Part shown: positions 17,488 to 24,935 of the stretch, piece after piece
Layout: each line of letters begins with the position of its first letter
Position numbering within the stretch: the first letter of the stretch is position 1
Origin: a virus
Taxonomy: Duplodnaviria > Caudoviricetes
Direction: 5' to 3' (one strand)
Length of the DNA stretch: 26,423 bases
IMG/VR virus record: IMGVR_UViG_3300020045_003778
Location: 1-26,423 of that record
Notes under the pieces: generated by a model
What the model saw: the letters and a program-made list of their open reading frames with translations, nothing else
Told to the model about the DNA's origin: nothing
Databases searched by the model: none
Program-made: the position numbers and the translations under genes

Positions 17488-17744
17488 GGTTTTGCTCCAT
17501 AAAACATTAGATATTCTTGTTTGTTTTCCATATCTGTGATTACTAGCTTGCCTTTCTCTTCTTTCAAATCGTATTCATCCCGTGTGATATATCGTGGCGC
17601 CTTCGACAACCGTGAATACCACACTTCATAATATGGTAAATGTCTATCATGGCAAGCCATGCGTAGCGATTCGTAGCTCGCATAGATTTTATTATGCTCG
17701 CCGTTGATACGGATCATGTCTTCTTGGATTTCTTCTAGTGTCAT
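17484..17744 (-). CDS. Hypothetical protein
   Basis: 86 aa; ATGA overlaps at both ends. Confidence 0.7.
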   Translation of the reverse strand: MTLEEIQEDMIRINGEHNKIYASYESLRMACHDRHLPYYEVWYSRLSKAPRYITRDEYDLKEEKGKLVITDMENKQEYLMFYGAKP

Positions 17745-17932
17745 TGCCGTCCTTTTATTCTGAATTCAAATATTCTTTCTTCTGGTGGTAGTAATGAAGT
17801 AACGTCTCGTTCTTCATCCACCAGCATTGTTTCATATTTCTGCCATTGAAATTGATTGTCGAATGCTTTACATGCACAACGTTCTCGTAGCTCTGGCTTT
17901 ATGCGAAATTCTATAGCCACTTGTTTTCTCAT
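17741..17932 (-). CDS. Hypothetical protein
   Basis: Likely start ATG 17932 (MRKQVAIEFRIK) in ATGA overlap with the PolA N-part stop; EFRIK occurs at both ends of the 63-aa product. Confidence 0.7.
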   Translation of the reverse strand: MRKQVAIEFRIKPELRERCACKAFDNQFQWQKYETMLVDEERDVTSLLPPEERIFEFRIKGRQ

Positions 17933-19341
17933 GGCTGTGTCCACAGTTCACAGTTCAGCATTGATAGGTCTTTTGCGGCCTTGCGATAGCGTAGAATTAC
18001 CGGGATCAATGGGTTGTTATGTTTCAGCATGAGTTGATAGAATTGTTTTCGTCCAAGTTTCGCGCCACCAGTATCGGATTTGGCCACTACTGGGTAATGT
18101 AACACATCGTGGAAGAAAGCTTTGCACTGCGGCGGTGAGCCAGGGTTGAATGTTTTACCTACTAGTATGGAGCAAATCCTAGCATATTGCTGCGCCGCTA
18201 GGGTTAAATGCGTAGATGTTTCCAGTTGCTGCACACGGTTGAGGCGTAGGCCTGTTAGAGTGTTAGCTAGATACGGGCCGACCATAGAGTTGGCCTGGGC
18301 TATGGAGTCCAGGAGTCCAGGCTTATCCTTTGCGTAATTAAGTTGTGCATCCTTGATAAGCTTGAGATTGAAAACATCTTTAGCATTGTATTGCCAGAGT
18401 TGCTGTTCAGTTTTACTATTGAAGGCTTCACATATCTGGTCCTTATGATAAGGTTGCCAGGTCCACTGGGCGATTACGTGGGATAAGGATTTCTCCACTT
18501 CTGGGAATGCTCGGTGATTGGCTAGCATCGTATCGTAAATACGTGATGGTAATGGAAAGCGATAGAATCCGTGGAGCACCGTTAGATCGAACATACTGTT
18601 GTGGATTACCACTGTATTCTTCAAGAGAGCCACAGCCAGAGCACGATAAATAGTAGAGAAGTCACGGTAAGCAAGTCCGCCAGAATAATTATAGACAGGC
18701 ACAACATAAACTTTAGGGAAAAGCGATGTGGAAGAGAAGCCAATACACGTGATTGCGCGATGTTGCCTTGACGTTTCAATGTCGAGATAAAGGTCTTCAT
18801 TCTTAATAGTGCTAAGGACTTTAACTAGCTCACCACTTGAAGGATATACATGCACGTTCGGCCTGCCTTCATTAACTGGAACTCCATGCAGTAATTTCTG
18901 GACGTGCCAAGCTGTCCAGAATCTGTGGTTTCCTCTCTTGGTCGGACTTGCATCTTTAGTATCACGCTCGCTACCGCCATCGTCATCGTCATCATCGCCG
19001 GCTCCTTCGATGTTTCTATGGTCGCAACAATCCTGTGGATAGTAAGCTACCACTGTGCGGATGCCTTTAACATAATGTGGATACCCGTGCTTACTAACGT
19101 CGCCGTGATATTGCTTGGCTGCTAGTGGGCCTAGCAAAGCTAGGTATTTAGTTCCTGGGATGAACTCGTCCCAACATTTCGTATCTCTAATGTCGCAACC
19201 AGCTAGGCATAAAGGCTTGATGACTTCATCTTCCATCCACTGGCCGGCTACACCAGAGAGTAGGTGGTCTTTATCTAATCTACTGGGCTTGTCGATTACG
19301 ATAGTCAAGCCGTTGTAGGCTATTGATGGAGGGGTTCTCAT
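17929..19341 (-). CDS. polA: DNA polymerase family A, N-terminal part (degenerate UDG-like domain, 3'-5' exonuclease, thumb)
   Basis: ExoI LDIETS, ExoII HNSMFD, YDTMLA, ExoIII YNAKD; thumb TGLRLN...FNPGSPPQ...NPLIPVILRYRKAAK; N-terminus resembles family 4 UDG fold (IVIDKP, SGVAGQ, LALLGPLA, AYYP). Confidence 0.88.
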   Translation of the reverse strand: MRTPPSIAYNGLTIVIDKPSRLDKDHLLSGVAGQWMEDEVIKPLCLAGCDIRDTKCWDEFIPGTKYLALLGPLAAKQYHGDVSKHGYPHYVKGIRTVVAYYPQDCCDHRNIEGAGDDDDDDGGSERDTKDASPTKRGNHRFWTAWHVQKLLHGVPVNEGRPNVHVYPSSGELVKVLSTIKNEDLYLDIETSRQHRAITCIGFSSTSLFPKVYVVPVYNYSGGLAYRDFSTIYRALAVALLKNTVVIHNSMFDLTVLHGFYRFPLPSRIYDTMLANHRAFPEVEKSLSHVIAQWTWQPYHKDQICEAFNSKTEQQLWQYNAKDVFNLKLIKDAQLNYAKDKPGLLDSIAQANSMVGPYLANTLTGLRLNRVQQLETSTHLTLAAQQYARICSILVGKTFNPGSPPQCKAFFHDVLHYPVVAKSDTGGAKLGRKQFYQLMLKHNNPLIPVILRYRKAAKDLSMLNCELWTQP

Positions 19342-19553
19342 CGGTGTTTGAATGCTGCGATATACGCTTGCTGCACTTTATGTGCCTGCTCAACTGTAGC
19401 ATGGTAACCTAAGTAGTAACGATTTCCATTGATGCAATAGGTGGCCAACCACTTCTGACTTTTCGTATGCCACGATACGCCACGATAGCCGGAGCGGTTC
19501 TTAATGTTGAGCTTGCGTTGCTTCATTGGTGCGCAGTCCTTTAAGTTCTTCAC
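19338..19553 (-). CDS. Stand-alone AP2-domain DNA-binding protein (start 19553 or 19526)
   Basis: NRSGYRGVSW...KWLA...NGNRYYLGY..TVEQA is the AP2 signature; no HNH domain; ATGA-coupled to PolA N-part. Confidence 0.8.
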   Translation of the reverse strand: MKNLKDCAPMKQRKLNIKNRSGYRGVSWHTKSQKWLATYCINGNRYYLGYHATVEQAHKVQQAYIAAFKHR

Positions 19554-19806
19554 CTTTTGGCACGATAATACCAGAGCGTCTCCATAATATTACACCATCA
19601 CTACGGAAGCCAAACTCGATCATGAACTGTATGCCATCTGGCTTGTCAGACGTGGTGAATAACATGGAGTTCCGCCAGGCTAATACTTCTGGTTCTTTCT
19701 CACGGAAGCCCATGTAGAGACAGAAGATAATGACAGCTAGCCCCGCTAGTAAGCCCACTAGGTTTCTAATCTCCATCTTTTCATCTTGGAATTTGGGTAG
19801 ATTCAT
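19501..19806 (-). CDS. Small predicted membrane protein (start 19806 or 19776)
   Basis: One hydrophobic segment LVGLLAGLAVIIFCLYMGF. Confidence 0.6.
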   Translation of the reverse strand: MNLPKFQDEKMEIRNLVGLLAGLAVIIFCLYMGFREKEPEVLAWRNSMLFTTSDKPDGIQFMIEFGFRSDGVILWRRSGIIVPKGEELKGLRTNEATQAQH

Positions 19807-19812
19807 AAAGAG

Positions 19813-19843
19813 AACCACTCCTGGTCACAGCGGCAGAGTGGTT
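19813..19843 (-). terminator. Intergenic hairpin, possible weak terminator or RBS-sequestering structure
   Basis: AACCACTC (19813-19820) / GAGTGGTT (19836-19843) perfect 8-bp inverted repeat, followed on the minus strand by CTCTTTAT. Confidence 0.4.
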
Positions 19844-19866
19844 ATGTGCCCGTGCGCACTTGTTAG

Positions 19867-20061
19867 TTATTCTTCGCTGTCGCCAGCGATACCAGACCAG
19901 TCAGCTTTCGCTGGCTCCTGTGTTTCCTCGAAGCTTAGTGTTACTTTGTCTGCGTTTATTAGAGCTTCGATCGCATCTCCTTCGTTATCTTTGTAGTAGG
20001 CAACATCATTCTCGTCCAGCTTGACTACTATAGATAGCGATACTTTGTAGTTCTTTGTCAT
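19867..20061 (-). CDS. Small acidic hypothetical protein
   Basis: Likely start ATG 20061 (MTKNYKVSL), 1 nt after the SSB stop; 64 aa, D/E-rich. Confidence 0.65.
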   Translation of the reverse strand: MTKNYKVSLSIVVKLDENDVAYYKDNEGDAIEALINADKVTLSFEETQEPAKADWSGIAGDSEE

Positions 20062-20062
20062 G

Positions 20063-20605
20063 TTAGTATGGAACTTCCGCCCTACTAGGCCTACAGTTCT
20101 CCAGCACATCTGAGATGTTCGCATTGATGCGCCAGCCATCAGAGATCTCCTTGCCCTCGCCGTCCAGTATGGGTGCGCCGATCTTCTCACCTTTGCTCTT
20201 GTCTGCGGGCAACCGTTTGATTGCCTCCTCGCTGGACAAGATGATGTCGAACTCCATGCCGAGGAAGTATTCAGCATGTGCGTCCGTGTCGTATTCCTCG
20301 CCGTCGTATTCTACCTTGAGCTTGTCCATGAAGCGGAACACTTGTGACTGGGAGGATTCTGTCTGCTTACCTACCAATGAGGGCACATGCACGAGGTAGA
20401 GTTTGAATGACATGCCCGCGATACGCTGATCGGCGCCATCAATAGTGATACTCTCCGGCTCCACGATTTCCGCATTGAGCGTGGTCATCGGATTGCCAGA
20501 GTTGCTCTTGCCGAATGACGTGCCCGTCACGCGAGCGCGATAGCAACCTTTAGGCAACTCGAACTTACCGCCGCCCATTATGGTATCTGTTTTACTGATT
20601 TTCAT
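20063..20605 (-). CDS. DUF669-like single-stranded DNA-binding protein
   Basis: LPKGCYRARVT...KSNSGNPM...EI motif; C-terminal EVPY resembling SSB tails; directly downstream of Sak4-like ATPase. Confidence 0.7.
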   Translation of the reverse strand: MKISKTDTIMGGGKFELPKGCYRARVTGTSFGKSNSGNPMTTLNAEIVEPESITIDGADQRIAGMSFKLYLVHVPSLVGKQTESSQSQVFRFMDKLKVEYDGEEYDTDAHAEYFLGMEFDIILSSEEAIKRLPADKSKGEKIGAPILDGEGKEISDGWRINANISDVLENCRPSRAEVPY

Positions 20606-20608
20606 TTA

Positions 20609-20635
20609 TGTTTTGTTTTGTGTGTTTTGTTTTGT
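20609..20635 (-). repeat. 13-bp direct repeat in SSB leader
   Basis: TGTTTTGTTTTGT at 20609-20621 and 20623-20635 (ACAAAACAAAACA on the coding strand). Confidence 0.85.
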
Positions 20636-20650
20636 ATTACACCACCTATC

Positions 20651-21436
20651 TTAGGTGCTGTAAATTTTTAAGATCTCTTCGTAACTAGCAGGCACCATCT
20701 TAATCTTCGCCGCTCTTAATTTCACGCCCAAGATAGGGTTCGTATTAGTGTTCACTTGCTCGTCACCGATGAGCTGCCACCACCATCCTGCTTTGATAGC
20801 CTTCTTACCCTCAGCGATTACGATGCCGCCCTTCTCGTTGCGCTCATAGGGATTGCATAGCTGGCGCCACACATCAGTGAAATGCCCGAGTAGTTGATCC
20901 TTAAACGAGCCGTCCATCACGGGGCGAATCTTCCCGGTAAGTTCTCCTTCAGCATCACGATCAACTGTTTCATGGAATGTCACCACTACTCTAGCCCGGC
21001 ACGCTTTGACCATCTCCATGATCTCTGTGGCATACTGCACCTTACGTTTCCAGAAGGCGAATGGATTAGGCTTGTCTGCCATGTCTTCTTCGAGTTGTGT
21101 CTGCTGGTCGAAGGCATTCTGCATGATGGTCCACGAGTCGATGATAACAGTTTGTTCTTCTGTGTAGAGTGTGTGGTTCTCCCGGAAGTGTTTCTTGAAC
21201 GCATCGCGGCGGTTCGCTGGAGAGTTGCCATAGGTTCGCTTCGCTTGACTGTCCACGTATTTAGCGTCCCACATGGGAATGGATGTCTCGTTCGCCGGTA
21301 GCTTATGATCGAAATCATACCATATCCTGTTAGGGAAAGACAGGCAAGAGGTAGTCTTACCACTGCCCGGTGCTCCGATCAGCGCGATGATCTCGTGCGG
21401 CGCTGTTGATTTTATTGACTCCTTGGGGATGTGCAT
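20651..21436 (-). CDS. Sak4-like (AAA_24) ATPase, putative ssDNA-annealing recombinase
   Basis: Walker A GAPGSGKTT, Walker B VIIDSWT, VVVTFHE; adjacent to SSB and near PD-(D/E)XK nuclease. Confidence 0.8.
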   Translation of the reverse strand: MHIPKESIKSTAPHEIIALIGAPGSGKTTSCLSFPNRIWYDFDHKLPANETSIPMWDAKYVDSQAKRTYGNSPANRRDAFKKHFRENHTLYTEEQTVIIDSWTIMQNAFDQQTQLEEDMADKPNPFAFWKRKVQYATEIMEMVKACRARVVVTFHETVDRDAEGELTGKIRPVMDGSFKDQLLGHFTDVWRQLCNPYERNEKGGIVIAEGKKAIKAGWWWQLIGDEQVNTNTNPILGVKLRAAKIKMVPASYEEILKIYST

Positions 21437-21439
21437 ATA

Positions 21440-21733
21440 CTAATATCTCCTATCATGTTTCCGTTTATTGTGTCGTGCTGCTGCTAGATAGTTGATGCTG
21501 TCCAGTTGTTCGTTGTAGAGTTCTGCTAGGTGATCCACGTCAGCCACGAAACAACCTTCACCGTGTTCCTTGCTGCCCGCCACGAACTTATGAATATTGC
21601 TGGTTACCAACTCCACGCAAGTCTGCGTGATGAAGTCGAAGTCTTCGATGCATAAGCGGTGGCCTAGTTCTCCTTCCTTGTCGCGGACTAACTGGTGGAC
21701 TAGTTCTGTTATTGTTTTATGTGTGGATGTCAT
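21440..21733 (-). CDS. Hypothetical protein, possibly MazG-like all-alpha fold
   Basis: KF..G..EHG...D.L.ELYNEQLD..NYL pattern; ATGA-coupled to upstream gene. Confidence 0.5.
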   Translation of the reverse strand: MTSTHKTITELVHQLVRDKEGELGHRLCIEDFDFITQTCVELVTSNIHKFVAGSKEHGEGCFVADVDHLAELYNEQLDSINYLAAARHNKRKHDRRY

Positions 21734-21921
21734 GGTCTTGATAGTTGTTCTGCCAGTCGTAGGAATTCTCGTTGCGCATCTTCTTCTGTTTCGAAACTAG
21801 CGTTGTATGGATTGGCTGAATCAGATTTCGTCCACATCTTTATTGTTGCATATTCAATGCTGAGGTATACCAGCTCATCTCGGTTGACTATATCTGAACC
21901 TACTCGTATGAACTCACTCAT
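21730..21921 (-). CDS. Hypothetical protein
   Basis: 63 aa; TAATG and ATGA overlaps with neighbours. Confidence 0.7.
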   Translation of the reverse strand: MSEFIRVGSDIVNRDELVYLSIEYATIKMWTKSDSANPYNASFETEEDAQREFLRLAEQLSRP

Positions 21922-22787
21922 TATCTGAACTCCATTGGGTTATATGTTTTCTTCTCAAACCTAGATAGCAATTCTACTTCTCTTTCACTGCCCATCACCA
22001 AACAGGCGTTACGGAAATCACAATAGTCACAGTATTTATAGATGTTCATGCCATCATGGGGTGCTGGACTTGAACCTAAAGCGACAATGTCCATCGCTTC
22101 TTTCGCTCGTGTTTCGATTATCAACGGAACTTCACGCGTGATGAAATCGCTATTGAATGCTTGCTTCGATAGCGTCTTGAATCTCGGTGGCTGTGCCGCA
22201 TAGAACACGATTAACAATTCAACTCTGTATCTACCGTTGACCAGGTAGTCTTTATACCTAGCTGGAAGTATGCCGGAATTAAGCAGGCAGAAAACATAGA
22301 ATGGTAGTTGGAAACTGAGGGAATAACTATCTAGCTTGGCTGCGATTTTGTAGTCTGTCACGTCACCGGCGGTCTTGTAGTCCAGGATTACTAGGATGTC
22401 TTTCTCTTCGTCCAGGTGGATGCGGTCGATGGTGCCGCAAAGTTCTATGTCCTGCTCGCCATGATTGTAAGGAAACGAGAACTTAATCTCCACCGCCGGC
22501 TTGCCATCATCAAGGATTATCGGTGGTGGTAGCTTCTTAGTGGTTCTAAACAAAGCAACTGTCTGCATGAGCAGCAGCTTATTCACGTCCGGATATTTCT
22601 CAAAGGTTTTATCCACGCTTTCATCAACACCTAAGTTTTTATCCAGGTATTCGATGGCTGTGTGGAATGCAGACCCGAACTGTGCTGATGCGGATGTATG
22701 TCCTTTAAGTCCATCCACCACAGCGAGCTGGAAACGTCGCTTGCAGGGGAGCAAACTTAATGCGGAGTTATCTAGGAGGAGTTTCAT
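21921..22787 (-). CDS. Cas4-like / RecB-family PD-(D/E)XK exonuclease
   Basis: CKRRF, GSAFH, VE, GTIDRI, LDYKT, QLPFY, C-terminal CDYCDFRNAC (1+3 Cys Fe-S pattern). Confidence 0.88.
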   Translation of the reverse strand: MKLLLDNSALSLLPCKRRFQLAVVDGLKGHTSASAQFGSAFHTAIEYLDKNLGVDESVDKTFEKYPDVNKLLLMQTVALFRTTKKLPPPIILDDGKPAVEIKFSFPYNHGEQDIELCGTIDRIHLDEEKDILVILDYKTAGDVTDYKIAAKLDSYSLSFQLPFYVFCLLNSGILPARYKDYLVNGRYRVELLIVFYAAQPPRFKTLSKQAFNSDFITREVPLIIETRAKEAMDIVALGSSPAPHDGMNIYKYCDYCDFRNACLVMGSEREVELLSRFEKKTYNPMEFR

Positions 22788-22957
22788 GGCATCGGAGCTT
22801 CTATTAAACGCACTACTTCATGGGGTGCTATACTTGGGTAGTTAACATCATACGCACCAGCACAGAACTCTGCCTCCTGCTTATTCGCGAAGGCCCGCAT
22901 ACTATTCAGGTCGCCATCTTTGTCGATGACGACATAGATTTCTAGTGGGATTCTCAT
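22784..22957 (-). CDS. 57-aa hypothetical protein (not in ORF track)
   Basis: MRIPLEIYVVIDKDGDLNSMRAFANKQEAEFCAGAYDVNYPSIAPHEVVRLIEAPMP; ATGA overlaps at both ends. Confidence 0.75.
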   Translation of the reverse strand: MRIPLEIYVVIDKDGDLNSMRAFANKQEAEFCAGAYDVNYPSIAPHEVVRLIEAPMP

Positions 22958-23139
22958 AATGGTAATCCTTTCACGAATCTGTAAAGAACTCGTGTTGTGA
23001 TAATACCGCTATTTAATGCTTTATGCACGAGGGCGGCTAAGCAATCAGAGCATAATCCAATCCTCTCAGTGCCTTGTTTAGTCTGCATTTCCCATTGGAA
23101 TTTAGGTTTGCTGCCACTGCATCGCGAACATGTATTCAT
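22954..23139 (-). CDS. Small C4 zinc-binding protein
   Basis: CSRC...CSDC followed by a helical segment; ATGA overlaps at both ends. Confidence 0.7.
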   Translation of the reverse strand: MNTCSRCSGSKPKFQWEMQTKQGTERIGLCSDCLAALVHKALNSGIITTRVLYRFVKGLPL

Positions 23140-23357
23140 TGTGTCCTTCCTTTCCTCATTGCCGCTATGGCATCTTTGTTTGCTTCTAGTAGTTGTTGTA
23201 TCATGGATGTTTCGACTGTTGATTTGCGTGACTTCTCTGGCGGCAGTAATGCTTTACGCACCGCCGGAAAGTATGGTTGCAATATAGCTTCTAATTGTGA
23301 TGTGGGGATTGTCGCTAGTTCTTCAGGTGTTTTGTCTAGTAATTCCTTGATCGTCAT
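23136..23357 (-). CDS. Hypothetical protein
   Basis: 73 aa; AGGAG 8 nt upstream of ATG. Confidence 0.7.
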   Translation of the reverse strand: MTIKELLDKTPEELATIPTSQLEAILQPYFPAVRKALLPPEKSRKSTVETSMIQQLLEANKDAIAAMRKGRTQ

Positions 23358-23538
23358 TCATTGTTCTCCTGTTGATTGCCGCTGGTGGTTTAGGCCATGT
23401 GGACCAGTGTGATCGAGCTACTATGTAGCCACTGAATCTTAATCCTAGCACGCCACCAGCAATATCTGTGTCTCTAAGACTGTCGTGATAGCGCCGGTGT
23501 TCTCTCCACTCCTGGTCACTAACTACGTATTCACTCAT
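23323..23538 (-). CDS. Hypothetical protein
   Basis: 71 aa; 8-nt overlap with upstream gene, 35-nt overlap with downstream gene. Confidence 0.55.
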   Translation of the reverse strand: MSEYVVSDQEWREHRRYHDSLRDTDIAGGVLGLRFSGYIVARSHWSTWPKPPAAINRRTMNDDQGITRQNT

Positions 23539-24082
23539 TGTATCTTATGAAGTGTATCTCATTATCTTCCAAGCGATAGACGAATAGATGTTTGATGTCT
23601 GATATCAAGTTCTCTATCCACTCCTTATCCGAGCCACTTAGAAAGATGCCCACCTTATGGAACTTCGCACCCTGCTCCGCGGCGTTATCCAAGTAGTCTT
23701 GAAGTTCACCTTTCCAATCATCCGTGGAAAGCGTGGACAAAGTATCCATCGCATATCGCTTCGGCACGATCTCTATGTAGTCTCTGTATGTCTGGCACTT
23801 GATATAGCGCGCCTTCTCCTGGTAATTGCTATCCATGCATTCTTTAAGATAGCGTAGCCCTTCATAGTATTGTAACCTCACCGTGGTGAGTGAGACATGC
23901 GTGGCATGGATTTTATGTGGCTTGCCCGTGGAGATCACTAGGTCCACCACTTTCTTGACCTGCTCACCATAGAGTTGTGCGTAGTATGGACGCCTAACGT
24001 TCTTAGTAGCGGGCTGAGCGGTGGACTGTTCTAAGAATTTCTTAGCTAGACTAGCCATCTTGGGGTCTTCAAATAAATCCAT
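23531..24082 (-). CDS. Hypothetical protein
   Basis: 183 aa; start overlaps the end of the sigma-54 activator-like gene by 14 nt. Confidence 0.75.
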   Translation of the reverse strand: MDLFEDPKMASLAKKFLEQSTAQPATKNVRRPYYAQLYGEQVKKVVDLVISTGKPHKIHATHVSLTTVRLQYYEGLRYLKECMDSNYQEKARYIKCQTYRDYIEIVPKRYAMDTLSTLSTDDWKGELQDYLDNAAEQGAKFHKVGIFLSGSDKEWIENLISDIKHLFVYRLEDNEIHFIRYNE

Positions 24083-24935
24083 AGGTTTTATAGCGTCTCA
24101 CGAACGTCTGTATTCCCCGCACATTGAAGCGATAGATGTCTGGCAACACCGAGTCCGGGATTGGTTCTGTCCAGTTTAATGGATTCCCAGATGTATCAAG
24201 TCCTTTCGCGGCGATCAATGGGATGTCATCTTTACGAGATTCCAAGCCAGTGACACGTAACTCGTGCGTGAATAGTCTAGCGAATAAGTCCTCGCGAAAT
24301 AGTCCTTTCTCTACTTGTTCTCGTAGGTCGAACTTAGTGGCAGCCACGAAGCGACATGCTATGGGTATGCTTTCCACGGCACCTAACCTACATACCTCCC
24401 GTTCCTGTATAGCTCTTAACAGCATGGCTTGTAGCTCCAGTGGCATGTCTCCTATCTCATCTAAGAATACTACACCGGCTTTAGCTTGCACTAATATTCC
24501 TTGTCTATCGCTATCCGCGCCAGTGAAGGTGCCGCGTAGATGTCCGAAGAATATAGACGCTATGAGTTCCTTAGGTATGCCAGCACAATTCCGCGCCACG
24601 AATGGCTCGTCGTTATCACCTATTGCTCTGGCGATTAACTCTTTGCCCGTTCCACTGGGGCCAGTTATCAACACTGCATCATGATTAGAACTGTTTTTCT
24701 GGATGGCTATCACTTTAGACTTCAAGCGTAGCATAGCTGGATCGTTAGTGATCCACTTGTCCAGAGAGACTTCTACGTTCTTCCTTGTCAAGCGCTGGAA
24801 GACATCTGCGCCGGTGACTTGTCCGCTAGCGATCTGCGCTGTGAGTTTCTTGAGTTCCTCATACTGTGTTGCTTTATATGTGGTGTCCCGAAGGACTATT
24901 CCACGTGGGCCTAATTGGTTATTCGTGGGTTGCAT
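24069..24935 (-). CDS. Sigma-54 interaction domain AAA+ protein (NtrC-family enhancer-binding protein core), no sensor or HTH domain
   Basis: VLITGPSGTGKELIARAI, FVARNCA, FFGHLRGTFTGA, FLDEIGDMPLELQAMLLR, RFVAAT, FREDLFARL, NVR. Confidence 0.92.
   Translation of the reverse strand: MQPTNNQLGPRGIVLRDTTYKATQYEELKKLTAQIASGQVTGADVFQRLTRKNVEVSLDKWITNDPAMLRLKSKVIAIQKNSSNHDAVLITGPSGTGKELIARAIGDNDEPFVARNCAGIPKELIASIFFGHLRGTFTGADSDRQGILVQAKAGVVFLDEIGDMPLELQAMLLRAIQEREVCRLGAVESIPIACRFVAATKFDLREQVEKGLFREDLFARLFTHELRVTGLESRKDDIPLIAAKGLDTSGNPLNWTEPIPDSVLPDIYRFNVRGIQTFVRRYKTYGFI

Noticed and set aside
16531-17928. Group I intron, intein or ribosomal bypass explaining the PolA gap
   Set aside because: The gap is filled by coupled ORFs including a ligase, with no homing endonuclease; there are no intein terminal motifs; the C-part has its own RBS and an upstream in-frame stop. 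Splicing is not formally excluded without RNA data.
18977-19000. Short trinucleotide-like repeats (also ~25100-25130)
   Set aside because: They simply encode poly-Asp/Glu tracts; no sign of a contingency locus
13428-19341. Z-genome or other base-modification cluster (MazG-like plus unusual PolA)
   Set aside because: No PurZ, HD-domain dATPase or other base-modifying enzyme recognisable in the window
19501-19806. Holin or spanin
   Set aside because: Single hydrophobic segment within the replication arm, with no endolysin nearby
19867-20277. 136-aa version of the ORF downstream of SSB
   Set aside because: The extension overlaps SSB by over 200 nt; ATG 20061 directly after the SSB stop is more plausible
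21921-22787. CRISPR-Cas system suggested by the Cas4-like gene
   Set aside because: No repeat-spacer array or other cas genes; solo Cas4-like nucleases near Sak4 and SSB are ordinary phage recombination genes
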